The position numbers and the translations under genes were made by a program. 64,000 nt of DNA from Candidatus Aminicenantes bacterium (lineage in GTDB: Bacteria > Acidobacteriota > Aminicenantia > Aminicenantales > Saccharicenantaceae), in the NCBI GenBank assembly GCA_963784525.1, contig CAWART010000015.1, forward strand, positions 1,672 through 65,671. The letters run 5' to 3'. The notes under the pieces were generated by a model, which saw nothing but the letters and a program-made list of their open reading frames with translations, was not told where the DNA came from and searched no databases. Position 1 is the stretch's first letter. Every line of letters starts with the position of its first letter. This document shows positions 1 through 10,851 of the stretch, piece by piece.

Positions 1-2690
1 GGCCTACGCCCTGGGCGGCAAGGGCAGCGGCATCTCCCACGACCCGAAGGAGCTCCGCGAGGCGCTCGAGCGGGCCTTCGTCGGCGCGGGCCAGGTCCTC
101 GTCGAGGAGTACCTGGAAGGCTGGAAGGAGATCGAATACGAGGTCGTCCGCGACCGGGCCGACAACTGCGTCACGGTCTGCAACATGGAGAACTTCGACC
201 CCATGGGCATCCACACGGGCGAGAGCATCGTCATCGCCCCGTCGCAGACGCTGACCAACGCCGAGTACCACGGCCTCCGCGAGATCGCCATCCGGGCCGT
301 CCGCCACCTCGGCATCGTCGGCGAGTGCAACATCCAGTACGCCCTGAACCCGGCCGACGGCGACTACCGCATCATCGAGGTCAACGCGCGCCTGTCGCGG
401 AGCTCGGCCCTGGCCTCGAAGGCGACGGGCTATCCGCTGGCCTTCGTCGCGGCCAAGCTCATCCTCGGCCGGACCCTGCCGGAGCTCCGGAACTCCATCA
501 CCCGGGCCACGACGGCCTGCTTCGAGCCGGCCCTCGACTACCTCGTCGTCAAGATCCCGCGCTGGGACCTCAAGAAGTTCGGCCGGGTGTCCAAGAAGAT
601 CGGCTCGGAGATGAAATCGGTCGGCGAGGTCATGGCCATCGGCCGTTCGTTCGAGGAAGCGGTCCAGAAGGCCGCCCGGATGCTCCAGATCGGCGTGTAC
701 GGCCTCGTCGCCAACGCCAATTACTCGTTCGCCAGCCTCGAGCGGGAGCTCCGCCATCCGACCGACGAGCGGCTGTTCGGCGTCGCCGAGGCGTTCGCCA
801 AGGGCTGGTCGGTCGACCGGGTCCACGAGCTGACGCGGATCGATCGCTGGTTCCTCCATAAGATCAAGTCGGTCGTGGCCGTCGAGGCGAAGCTCAAGGA
901 GCACCGGCTGGCGACGCTCCCCGCGGAGCTCCTCCGCGAGGCCAAGCGGAAGGGGTTCTCCGACAAGCAGGTCGCCCTCTGCGTCCGCTCGAACGAGGCG
1001 GCGGTGCGCCGGGCGCGGAAGCGGGCCGGCATCGTGCCGTGCGTCAAGCAGATCGACACCCTGGCCGCCGAGTACCCCGCGAAGACCAATTACCTCTATA
1101 TGACGTACGGGGGCGACACGGACGACGTGGCGTTCCGGCCGGACAAGAACAAGGTCATGGTCCTCGGCTCGGGCTCCTACAGCATCGGCTCGTCGGTCGA
1201 GTTCGACTGGTGCTGCGTCAACGCCGCCGAGGCCCTCCGGCGGATGGGCGCGACGACCGTCATGGTCAACTACAACCCGGAGACCGTGTCGACCGACTAC
1301 GACATCTGCGACCGGCTGTACTTCGACGAGCTGAGCTTCGAGCGCGTCTGCGACATCTACGAGCGCGAGGACCCGCGCGGCGTCCTGCTGGCGATGGGCG
1401 GGCAGATCCCGAACAACATCGCCATGAAGTGCCGGCGGGCGGGGCTGCGCGTCCTGGGGACGGCGCCGGAGAGCATCGACCGGGCCGAGAACCGCTACAA
1501 GTTCTCGAAGCTCCTGGACGAGCTGGGCGTCGACCAGCCGGAATGGAAGGAGCTCCGGAGCGTCGCCGAGGCCGGGACCTTCGCCCGGTCCATCGGCTAC
1601 CCCGTCCTCATCCGGCCCTCCTACGTCCTGAGCGGCGCCGCGATGACCATCGTCTTCAACGGGCGGGACCTCGAGCGATACCTGAAGAAGGCGTCGCTCG
1701 TCTCTCCCGAGTACCCGGTCGTCATCTCGAAGTTCATCCTCAACGGCAAGGAGATCGAGATGGACGCCGTCGCCGACCGGGGCGAGGTCGTCGCCTCGGC
1801 CATCGTCGAGCACATCGAGAACGCCGGCGTCCACTCCGGCGACGCGACGATGGTCCTGCCGCCGCAGAAGCTCTACATCGAGACCATCCGCCGCATCCGC
1901 GGGATCGGCGGCCGCATCGCCAAGGCCCTCGATATCACCGGGCCGTTCAACATCCAGTTCATCGCCAAGGACAACGTCCTCAAGGTCATCGAGTGCAACC
2001 TCCGGGCGTCCCGGTCGTTCCCGTTCGTGTCGAAGGTCGCCAAGACCAACTTCATCGACGTCGCCGTCCGGGCGATGATGGGCGCGCCGGTCCGGAACCG
2101 GAAGACGACGCTCGACCTCAACTACGTCGGGGTCAAGGCGCCGCAGTTCTCGTTCTCCCGGCTCAAGGGCGCCGACCCGGCCCTGGGCGTCGAGATGGCC
2201 TCGACGGGCGAGGTCGCCTGCCTGGGCGAGGACGTCCACGAGGCCTTCCTCAAGGCGCTCATCTCGGCCGGGTTCAGCCTGCCGGAGCGGTCCATCCTGG
2301 TCAGCATCGGCGGCGAAGAGTCCAAGCACCGGTTCCTGCGGTCGGCGGAGCGGCTCCGGGACATGGGGCTGGCCCTGTACGCGACGGAGAGGACGAGCGC
2401 GTTCCTCAGGAAGAACGGCGTCCCCAACACGCGGGTCTTCAAGGTCCACGAGAACAAGGAGCCCAACATCCGCGACCTGATCGCCCGCCGCGCAGATCGA
2501 CTTCGTCATCTCCGTCCCGGATCCCGACCGGAAGCGCGAGTTCGACAGCGACTACCGGATGCGGCGGATGGCGGTGGATTTCGCCGTGCCCCTCCTGACC
2601 AACCTCCAGATCGCGGAGCTGTTCGCGTCCGCGCTCGCGGCCCGGAAGGTCGGCGACCTCAAGATCCGCCATTGGGCGGAGTACGAGTAG
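1..2690 (+). CDS. carB: Carbamoyl-phosphate synthase large subunit, 5'-truncated by the window edge; frameshift near 2490
   Basis: Frame open from base 2 ([10 protein letters not shown]...). Motifs [35 protein letters not shown] and [16 protein letters not shown]. The MGS-domain end continues in another frame ([17 protein letters not shown]) to TAG at 2688-2690. Confidence 0.96.
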
Positions 2691-2742
2691 CCGTGTCCCC
2701 CGTCGGCCGACGGGAGGGTTCGCTTCGTACACGGTTCTCCCT

Positions 2743-2765
2743 GTAGCCGCAGGCTTCAGCCTGCG
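2743..2765 (+). repeat. GTAG-type REP element
   Basis: GTAG-C followed by the palindrome CGCAGGCT-TC-AGCCTGCG, between convergent genes. Confidence 0.75.
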
Positions 2766-2791
2766 TCTTGCGGAGACTTCAGGAGCGCCGG

Positions 2792-4037
2792 TTAGAACCG
2801 GACGCGGATCCCGAACTTGAGCGACATGCCGTTGAGGTTGACGCGCGCCTCGCGGGCCTCGCTCACGCCGGGTCCGGACGGGAGGTCGCCGCGGATGAAG
2901 ACGAGCGGATAGCCGCCCTGGCCGGCGACCTCGGCCAGGAAATAGGTGAGGGTCCCCTGTTCCGTGTAGGATTCGCCCTCGGAGTTGATGGTGATGTCCT
3001 TGCCGGTAAAGCCGCCGAAGCGGGCGAACCGGAACTCGGCCTCGCCGACGAGGAAAAGGCCCGGATAGAGCTCGTACTCCCCGCCCGCCCCGACCGACGC
3101 CCCGATCCCGCGGGCCTGGGCGTCGCCCTGCCACTCCTGCCAGAAGAGGGACTTCTCGTAGCGGTAGAGATAGTTGACCGAGACGAAGTAATACTGGAGC
3201 CCGCCCTTGAGGTAAAGATAGGGAACGGGGTAATAGGCCAGCCCGAGCTTGACGGGGAGGGCCTGGATGCGCGGGCGCGTCAGGAGAGAGTCGGTGGCGG
3301 GGCCGGAGGCGAACTCCAGGAGGCTCGAGCGTCGCCCGGAGAAATAGTCCAGGCCGAGCGTCGCGAAGAGCCCGGGCATCAGGCTGTAGGAGATCTCGGC
3401 CCCCAGGATATAGGTCAGAGTGGAGTCCCCCGACGCCGCCCGTTTCGGTGATGCCCAGCGCTGCCCGATAATAGTCGGCCAGGCCCCGGGCGCCGGTGTT
3501 GAGGTCGCCGACCGCCGCGAAATTGGCGCCGGTGAGGAGCGAGAACCCGAAGGTCTTGGCCTCGGGGAGCGCGGCGGAGACGCGCCGGGGCGCGGGGCGC
3601 GGCGGCTCGGGACGGTCCTCGGCGCGCTCGGGTTCCCGGCGCGCGGGCACGACGGCGGCGGGCTCGGGCTTCTCCTCGACCTTCTTCACGGGCTCCCGCC
3701 GGACCTCTTCGACGGGCATGGCCGGCACGGCCTCGAGCTCCCGGACCAGGCTCTCATGGATGTAGCCCCGGGCGGCAAGTCCGTCGTCGCGGGTGAACCG
3801 GACGAGATACCATTCGCCCTGCTTCTTCTCGGCTTCGAGGATGGAGCCCTCGGGAAGCTGTTGGACGATGGGGCTGCCGATGTCCGGCGTATCCCGGATG
3901 TTGGCCTGCTCCGCGGTGACCAGGATCTTGAAGGTCGGGGCGGGCTTTTCCTGGGCCGCGGCGGGAAGCCCGGCGCGATCAGCCAGGGCCAGGACCGCGG
4001 CGACGACGGAGGACTTCGGCGCTTGCCGGATATTCAT
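2792..4037 (-). CDS. SH3-domain outer-membrane beta-barrel protein (frameshift near 3420)
   Basis: Signal peptide, SH3b-like segment (ANIRDTPDIGSPIV...GEWYLV...GYIHESLV), Pro/Glu-rich linker, then a beta-strand domain ending in GIRVRF (ORF 2792..3379). Confidence 0.75.
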
Positions 4038-4043
4038 GATGCT

Positions 4044-4792
4044 CTACTTAGTATAAACCAGGGAGGGGTCAGGTCCTAAGCATTTAGTTTTCAATGTCGG
4101 GGCCTGACCCCTCCTCAGGATGACGATGTGCTGGGCATGTATGCCGCGGAAGAGCGGATAGATCCTGTCGACGACGAAACCGGCTTCGGCGGCTTCGCGC
4201 TCGAAGGTCTCCTCCGCCATCATCCTGATGTCGCGGCGGCTCGGCTTGAGAAGGCGGCGGAGGCGGCGCTGGAGGGCGTGCAGGCCTCGGAACCGGTAGA
4301 AGGACATGACCACGCCGCCCGACGCGACGCGGGCAAACTCCCGAAGGACCGCGCGCCGGTCCTCGGGGCGTGGAGGTGATGGAAAAGGCGCATCGAGAAG
4401 ACGTAGTCGAAGGCGGCGGACTTGAACGGGAGTCCGCCGCGCAGATCCGCCGCGGCCCCGCCGAGATGACGGGCGCGGTCCCGTTCTTCGAGGGCGCGCT
4501 CGATCATCGGACGGGCGAGGTCGGCGGAAACGAGCCGGGCGCCCTCCCCGAGGATGAGCCCGGTGAACCGGCCGTAGCCGCAGGGCGCGTCGAGGACGAG
4601 GGGCCCGGCCGGGGCGGCCCAGGCGTCGGGATCCAGGGCCCGGAGCCGGGCGAACGCGCGGCGCAGGAGACGCCGTTCGCGGCGATCCACGAGCTTCTGA
4701 TCGAGGCCCCTGTACCGGCGCCTCTCGTAATCGGCGACGCCGGGGCGGTCGAAGGGCTTCGGGGACGAGGTTCTATTCTTCGAAGAGGACAT
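4044..4792 (-). CDS. Class I SAM-dependent methyltransferase (frameshift near 4365)
   Basis: VLDAPCGYGRF motif I and LPFKSAAFDYVFSMRLFHHL. The C-terminus lies in ORF 4044..4313. ATG at 4792. Confidence 0.85.
4062..4114. repeat. Inverted doublet of the GGGGTCAGG repeat family
   Basis: Arms ggaggggtcaggtcct (4062-4077) and ggggcctgacccctcc (4099-4114), 14/16 complementary, with an AT-rich spacer. Confidence 0.75.
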
Positions 4793-6130
4793 ATTTCGGG
4801 CTCCCGTCGACGACGATTTGCGAGGCGCCGCGGACGCGCGGGGGATCTCGCGGCCTTCGCGGTCCAGCACGGCGGCGACCGGCGCCGGCGGGACGAGCTC
4901 GGCGGGCCCCCCGCCGGGCGCCCAGCAGACCGCGAAGGCGCGCCCTTCCCTGCGGAAGCGGAAGACCTCGATGCCGGACGTCTCCGGCGCGCCGCCCCGG
5001 TCCGCCCCGCGCCCTTCGAAAACGCTTCCTTCGAGCCGGCGGCGGAGGTCCGCGAAGGCGCGGAAGGCCGGGCGCCGCCGCCAGGGGCTCTCGCGATCGT
5101 CCACAAGGCCGTAGCCGGGCGCGACGAGCTGCCACCAATAGACCCGCTCGGCGTGGCCCGAGGCCAGGCAAGGAACATAATAGCGGACGAGGAAATCGGC
5201 CTGTTCGTCCTCGCCGACGTTGGGCTTGCCCGAGGCCGGGGAGAACGCGCCCGTGCCGGCGAGGGGCCAGTTGACCTCGGTGATCCAAAGGCCCCGCCCC
5301 GCGCCGGGGCGGGCCGTGGTATCCACGGCGGCCTTGAGCAGGGCGAGCTTCTTCGCCGCGGTCCAGCCGAACTGGCCGTTCTCGGGCGCTCCCATCCGAT
5401 CGACGTAGAGAAGCGAGGTCACGGCGTCGAAAGGCAGTCGCGGCAGGGTCACGGGATAAAGATGGAACTCGAAGTCGATGACGGCCGGGCCGGCGAGCTT
5501 CGCGCCGAAGCGAGGGGCCAGCTCGAAGGCGGGTTCGGCGAGGCCGAGGTATTCCCGGTGGTCCCAGACACCCCACTTCGTCCGGTTCCAGGCATGGCCG
5601 ATCTCGAAGGCCGAGGCCAGGGGGGCAAAGCGGCCGAAGGCCTCCTCGAGGAAGGCGCGCCAGGAGCCGGGGTCAAGGACGTCGGCCCGGCGCTGGAGGA
5701 GGGAGAGGACGACGTCGACGCCGCGGGCGCGGAGGGCGCGGACGAAGGCCTCGCGCGCGGCGAGAACGCCGCTCCCACGCTCCCAGGAGGCGAGGCGGAC
5801 GAGGGCGCGCGAGGCGCCCGTCTCGCCGAACAGCTCGAGGACCTGGGCGTCGCCGGCGGCGGAGGGCAGGCGGCCGGGGACCGAACCGGGGACGGGCGCG
5901 GGCGAAACAGCGCAACCAAAGGCGCCGGGCGGGATGGCGACGGGCTCCCGATAGAGGCGCTTCATCGATCGGCGGTAACGGCACAGGCCGGGCACGAGGC
6001 GGCGGAGGTTCGCGCCGGCGATCTCGAAATAGCTTCCGGCGTGGCGGAGGTGATGCCGGAACCGCTCGGAGCGCGGGGCGACGTTATGCGGCTGGTCGGC
6101 CAGGGGGTTCCACTCGAACGCGAAGCTCAT
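4773..6130 (-). CDS. Glycoside-hydrolase clan A-like (TIM barrel) protein, frameshift near 4825
   Basis: Starts MSFAFEWN at 6130. Motifs EIGHAWNRTKWG, LWITEVNWP and ERVYWWQLVAPGYGL. C-terminus QIVVDGSPKYVLFEE lies in another frame. Confidence 0.65.
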
Positions 6131-6131
6131 G

Positions 6132-7001
6132 TCACTGGATCCCGAGGCGCTCGGCGAGGCGGCGGAGGCGGAGCTTCTTCTTGAGCGCGATGAGGCCGGA
6201 GTACCAGGCCTTGTTCGCCCGATACCACAGGACGAGGGCCCGCGAAGCACGCCCCTCGCCGAGGTAAAGGCGGAGGAAAAGGTCCTGGTAGGGCTGGGGA
6301 ACGCCCAGGCGGACGAGGTTCCGGAGACGTGCGAGGACGGGAATGGAGCGCCGGACGCGGATGCGGTTCGTGTCGATGAGGCAGAGGTCGTAGGCGCCCG
6401 GCCGGGGCGAGCGGACGAGGATATTCCCGTCCGAGAGGTCACGGTGGAGGATCCCCTCGTTGTGACAGAAGACGAGGAACTTCGCCAGCCCGGCCAGGAG
6501 GCGGGCGAGCTGGTCGGGCGGAAGCTCGCGGAGGAGCGACCGGATCTCGACGGCGTCGGGAAGATAGGCGGAGAGGTAATAGCCCTCGACGACAAGGCCG
6601 TGGGCGCGGCGCTCGAGGTAGGCCATGGGGAGGGGCGTCGGGACGGCACGGGCGCGGCAGGCCGCGGCGCCGCGCCAGGCGCGGGCGGCCTTGCCGGGGA
6701 CGAAGAGCGTTTTGAGGCGCTTGAAGCCCGAGGCCCGGAACATCTTGATGACGGCGTCCGCGCGGACGGAAGGAGCGACGGGAACGGAGGCGACCGCTAC
6801 GAGGTTGCGGCGGTCCAGGAGGACGCGGGCGGACGGGCCGGCGGCGAGGGCCCCGGGATCGGCGAGGGCCGAACGGAACTCGGGCGCGTCGAAGTCGGGA
6901 TTCAGGGCGCCGCGGTACGGACCGAGGGCGAGTTCGATGCCGGCGGAGCGGGCGGGCTCCGCCACGGGGAGGCCTGCGCTTGGTCTTTCTTCATAGCTCA
7001 T
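6132..7001 (-). CDS. Lipopolysaccharide kinase, Kdo/WaaP/InaA family
   Basis: VIKMF, VPTPLPMAYLE, catalytic loop HRDLSDGNIL and LIDTNR. Confidence 0.88.
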   Translation of the reverse strand: MSYEERPSAGLPVAEPARSAGIELALGPYRGALNPDFDAPEFRSALADPGALAAGPSARVLLDRRNLVAVASVPVAPSVRADAVIKMFRASGFKRLKTLFVPGKAARAWRGAAACRARAVPTPLPMAYLERRAHGLVVEGYYLSAYLPDAVEIRSLLRELPPDQLARLLAGLAKFLVFCHNEGILHRDLSDGNILVRSPRPGAYDLCLIDTNRIRVRRSIPVLARLRNLVRLGVPQPYQDLFLRLYLGEGRASRALVLWYRANKAWYSGLIALKKKLRLRRLAERLGIQ

Positions 7002-7095
7002 GGTCGGGCGAGGATCGCTCCTCGACCGTCATAATAATATATTTAACGGAACCCGGCAACGCCGCGGTTCGGCCTCGGGCTTCAACGTGAGCCGA

Positions 7096-8223
7096 CTAAA
7101 GCCCGCGGCGACGATCCGCGACCGCATCTCTCAGTGCGTCGGCCACGACGGCGGGCGTGAACCGCTCCTTGACCGTGCGATGACCGCCGGCGGCAAGGCG
7201 CTCGCGGAAGGCCGTATCGGCCTTCAGGCGGAGGACGGCGGCGGCAAGGGTCTCGGCATAAGGCTCATCGCACAGCCAGATGTTCTCGCCGTGGGTGAAG
7301 AACTCTTCGACGGCCGGCGTTCGGGCCGTGATCACGGGCCTGCGCATCCCGAGCGACTGGAAGACCTTGTGAGGGACGACGCGGCGGGCCTTGTCGGTCC
7401 GGCCGAAGATGCCGAGGGCGACGTCCGCGGAAGCGATAAGGGCCGGAAGAGCGGTGAGAGGGACCCATGGCTCGAACGAGCAGTTGGACGCGCCGAGTTC
7501 CGAGGCCAGGGCCCGGGCGCGGGCCCAGGTGTCGCCGGAGCCGATGAAGCGGAAACGGACCGCGGGGTCGCGGCGGAGGACCGCGCGGGCGGCTTCGACG
7601 ACGGCCTCCACGCCATGAAGCGGCAGAAAGGAGCCGAAGAAGAGGACCGTAAAGGCCGCCCCGGGGGTGGCCGGCGCGGACGCCCGGGTCGCGTCGGGAG
7701 CGGCGCGATCGGGGTCGAAGAGGGCGTCGTCGTATCCCACGGGGACGACGACCAGCTTCCGGGCGGGGACGCCGCAGGCGCTCTGATAGTAAGCGGCGTG
7801 AGCGGCCGTATCGGCAAGCACGATATCGGAGAGGCGGAAGGCCAGGGCGTCGATCCACCGGTTCCACCGGGCGGTGAGGGAATCCGCGGGCCGGCGGCCG
7901 CGGTCGATGATCTTGGTCTCGTACCGGGCGGCGAGCGGATCGAAGACGACCGGGCGCGCGACGAGAGTGGCCAGGAAACGGGCCAGCGGAACGTCCTTCT
8001 GGCAGAATGCGGGGACGTAGACGGCGTCGGCGCGGCGCAGGGAAGATCGAGACACGGAGTCCGCGGCGATCCGGGCCAAGAGCAGAGGATACCGGAGCCA
8101 GGCTTTGAACGACGGCTCGGCCGGGTATTCGGCGACGCCGTCGCCGTGAGCCGCGAGGCCCTTCCGGATCACCGCGTTGCGCGGATAGGCCGGATCATAG
8201 CCGCCGAGGAATAGGAAGTTCAC
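7096..8223 (-). CDS. Glycosyltransferase family 4
   Basis: FFGSFLPLHGVE, ADVALGIFG...VPHKVFQSLGMRRPVIT. GTG start. Confidence 0.88.
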   Translation of the reverse strand: MNFLFLGGYDPAYPRNAVIRKGLAAHGDGVAEYPAEPSFKAWLRYPLLLARIAADSVSRSSLRRADAVYVPAFCQKDVPLARFLATLVARPVVFDPLAARYETKIIDRGRRPADSLTARWNRWIDALAFRLSDIVLADTAAHAAYYQSACGVPARKLVVVPVGYDDALFDPDRAAPDATRASAPATPGAAFTVLFFGSFLPLHGVEAVVEAARAVLRRDPAVRFRFIGSGDTWARARALASELGASNCSFEPWVPLTALPALIASADVALGIFGRTDKARRVVPHKVFQSLGMRRPVITARTPAVEEFFTHGENIWLCDEPYAETLAAAVLRLKADTAFRERLAAGGHRTVKERFTPAVVADALRDAVADRRRGL

Positions 8224-8307
8224 CCTCTTATTATAAGCGATGCCGGGGAACGGGTCACGGGCCTCGTATCGCCCCCGGCTCCGGAGTCGCGGCTTGATCC
8301 GGCCGCC

Positions 8308-8336
8308 TTGACGGGGGGCCGACGGTCATATACGAT
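8308..8336 (+). promoter_or_regulatory. sigma70-type promoter for the Trm112/GT9 operon
   Basis: TTGACG-17 bp-TACGAT upstream of an AGGAG RBS and ATG 8358. Confidence 0.55.
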
Positions 8337-8357
8337 AATCTCAGAGAGGAGAACGCC

Positions 8358-8546
8358 ATGGCTTTGGACCCGGAACTTCTCGCCATCCTCGCCTGCCCCT
8401 ATTGCAAGGCCGACGTGAGGGAGACCGCCGACGGACAAGGCCTGAAGTGCGTCGAGTGCCACCGCGTCTATCCCATCGAGGACGAGATCCCGGTGATGCT
8501 CATCGACGAGGCCTCCATTGAGCCCGAGAGACGGATCAAGGACTGA
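8358..8546 (+). CDS. Trm112/YcaR-family protein
   Basis: LLAILACPYCK...C..C.RVYPIEDEIPVMLIDEA. Confidence 0.92.
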   Translation: MALDPELLAILACPYCKADVRETADGQGLKCVECHRVYPIEDEIPVMLIDEASIEPERRIKD

Positions 8547-9567
8547 TCCGTCCCGCTTCCGCAAGGTCCTCCTCATCCGGCTTCGGCGGATCGGCGACAT
8601 CATCCTGACGACCCCGGCCGTCAGGGCCCTGCGGACGGCCCTACCCCGGGCGGAGCTCGTCTACGTCGTCGAGGCGCCGTACCGGAAGCTCGTCGAAGGG
8701 AATCCCGACATCGACCGTGTCGTCGCGGTCCCGAAGGGCCAGTCGCGCAAAGAGTTCCTCACCCTCGTGCGCGCGATGCGGAAAGAAGGCTTCGACGCCG
8801 TCATCGACTTCCACGGCGGGCCGCGGGCGTCCCTGCTCGCGCTCCTGTCGGGAGCGAAGATCAAGGCGGGATACGCCGTAAAGTACCGGGGGCTCTTCTA
8901 CGACATCCGTATCCCGCGCGCGCCCGAACAGGGGCGGATCCACAGCGTCGAGAATCACGTCAACCTTGTCCGGGCGCTCGGCGTCGCGGTCGGGGAGATA
9001 CCGGGGCTTGTCCTGCCCAGGGGTCAGGCCTCGACGGTTCAACTTTCCGGCGACCCCTATATCGTCCTCCATATCGGCGCGGGCAACCGCTTCCGTTACT
9101 GGGGGACCGACAACCTGGTCCGCCTGGTACGCCTGCTCGGCGCGGCGCCGGGGGCGCGGGTCGCCCTCATCGGCGGCGCGGAGGACAAGGCGGCCGAAGC
9201 GGAGATCCTCGGGAAGGCGCCGGGGACATTATCCTATGTCGGCAAACTCGACCTGGCCGGGACGGCCGAGCTCATCCGGCAGGCGGCGGTTTTCGTCGGG
9301 CCGGACAGCGGTCCGATGCATATCGCCGCAGCGGTCGGGACGCCCATCGTCGCCTGGTTCGGGCCCACCCTGCCGGCGAACTTCGCCCCCTGGAAGCCCG
9401 CGGGCGGCGCCCGGATCATCGAGAAGGCCCTCAACTGCCGGCCGTGTCCTCAGCGGACATGCGTCCCCGGCGATTTTCGATGCCTCCAGCTCATCACCCC
9501 GGATGAGGTGAGGGATCAGGTCGCTGCTTCTCTGCTTTCCGTCGACGCCGGAAAGTTGAGAAGTTGA
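8518..9567 (+). CDS. Glycosyltransferase family 9 (LPS heptosyltransferase-like)
   Basis: KVLLIRLRRIGDIILTTP and FVGPDSGPMHIAAAVGTPIVAWFGPT. Confidence 0.92.
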   Translation: MSPRDGSRTDPSRFRKVLLIRLRRIGDIILTTPAVRALRTALPRAELVYVVEAPYRKLVEGNPDIDRVVAVPKGQSRKEFLTLVRAMRKEGFDAVIDFHGGPRASLLALLSGAKIKAGYAVKYRGLFYDIRIPRAPEQGRIHSVENHVNLVRALGVAVGEIPGLVLPRGQASTVQLSGDPYIVLHIGAGNRFRYWGTDNLVRLVRLLGAAPGARVALIGGAEDKAAEAEILGKAPGTLSYVGKLDLAGTAELIRQAAVFVGPDSGPMHIAAAVGTPIVAWFGPTLPANFAPWKPAGGARIIEKALNCRPCPQRTCVPGDFRCLQLITPDEVRDQVAASLLSVDAGKLRS

Positions 9568-9579
9568 GGCCCAGCCCCT
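9552..9579 (-). repeat. GGGGTCAGG-family repeat copy overlapping the GT9 stop codon
   Basis: Reverse complement aggggctgggcctcaacttctcaacttt; 21/28 identical to the copy at 9019-9046. Confidence 0.6.
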
Positions 9580-9600
9580 TTTCGGTTAGAATCATAGCCG

Positions 9601-10773
9601 ATGACGATCGAAACGGTTCCCATCAAGCCCGCCCGCCCTTGGGGCGCCCTGCCCGGCCAGGTCCTGGCCTTCAGCCTTCTCTTTTCGCTCATCTCGATAA
9701 GCCTGACGGAGGGCTTCTTCTTCCTGGCGGTCATTCTCTGGGCGGTCTGGCTGATCGTCGAAAAGCGCCGATTCGCCGCTCCGATGTTCCTCATCCCGCT
9801 CCTCGCCTACTCGGCGTTGTCCCTCCTGTCCTCGGCCTATTCGGTCAACGCGGCGGTCAGCTTCCGCGATTGCCGCGAGTTGGCCCTCTACCTCATGATC
9901 CCCGTCGCCTACATGTCCTTCCGCGGGCTCCGGGAGGTCCGTCGCGCCAATTACGCTGTCTTCGCGTCGGCGGCCGTGAGCGTTCTCTACGCCGTCTATC
10001 GCGAGCTCTTCAGGGCCGCGCCGGAGGAGCGGATCAGGGGATTCATGGGCCACTACATGACCCAGGCCGGACTGCTCGCCATGTTCGTGTCGCTGGCCCT
10101 GGCGATGGCCCTCTTCGGGAAAGGAAAAGCCCGGTACGTCTGGGGCGCCGGGGCGTTGGCCGCCGGCGCGGCGCTCGAGATGACCCTGACCCGGAGCGCC
10201 TGGATCGGCGTCGCTGCGGCCGCATGCGTCCTCGTCCTCATCCGGAAGCCGAAGTTCGTGCTGGTCGTCCCGGTCCTCGTCGTCGCTGTTTTCTTCGCCA
10301 GCCCGGCGGCGGTCAAGAAGAGGGCGCTCAGCATCTTCACGCTCCAGGGCTACTCGAACCGCATGCGTGTCGAGTACCTCCGGGCGGGCGCCGGGATCAT
10401 CCGCGATTATCCCCTGCTCGGGACGGGGCCGGACACGGTCGACATGGTCTTCCAGAACCCGAAGTACGGCCTGTCCGAAGAGGCCAAACGCAACGTCCAC
10501 CTCCACAACACGGCCGTTCAGATCGCGGCCGAACGGGGCCTCCCGGCCCTGGCCGCCTGGCTGGCGTTCATAGTCTGGGTGGGCCTGTCGCTCGTCAAGG
10601 TCGTGCGGGCGAGGGACCCCGACCGCCTGCCTCTCGCGGCGGGCGGGCTCGCGGCCCTGACCGTCATGGTCGTCGCCGGGTTCTTCGAGTACAATTTCGG
10701 GGATTCGGAGGTCGCGTTCCTGTTCCTCTATTTGATAACGATGCCGTTCGCGGGCCGGGAAGGCACGACCTGA
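9601..10773 (+). CDS. O-antigen ligase (WaaL)-family membrane protein
   Basis: Multi-TM. Motifs RIRGFMGHYMT, TLTRSAWIG, PLLGTGP and HLHNTAVQIAAERG. Confidence 0.88.
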   Translation: MTIETVPIKPARPWGALPGQVLAFSLLFSLISISLTEGFFFLAVILWAVWLIVEKRRFAAPMFLIPLLAYSALSLLSSAYSVNAAVSFRDCRELALYLMIPVAYMSFRGLREVRRANYAVFASAAVSVLYAVYRELFRAAPEERIRGFMGHYMTQAGLLAMFVSLALAMALFGKGKARYVWGAGALAAGAALEMTLTRSAWIGVAAAACVLVLIRKPKFVLVVPVLVVAVFFASPAAVKKRALSIFTLQGYSNRMRVEYLRAGAGIIRDYPLLGTGPDTVDMVFQNPKYGLSEEAKRNVHLHNTAVQIAAERGLPALAAWLAFIVWVGLSLVKVVRARDPDRLPLAAGGLAALTVMVVAGFFEYNFGDSEVAFLFLYLITMPFAGREGTT

Positions 10774-10851
10774 AGCGCACGGCCGGGGCGCGACCTGCCG
10801 TTCAGGGCGGCCCCGGGTCGAGCAGGATCACGGCTTAAGCAAAGAACCAGA

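Noticed and set aside
4220-6649. 809-aa fusion ORF, and similarly the apparent YihY-LpxD fusion at 49621..50976
   Set aside because: These are artefacts of frameshifts joining adjacent genes; each part has its own start and family motifs.
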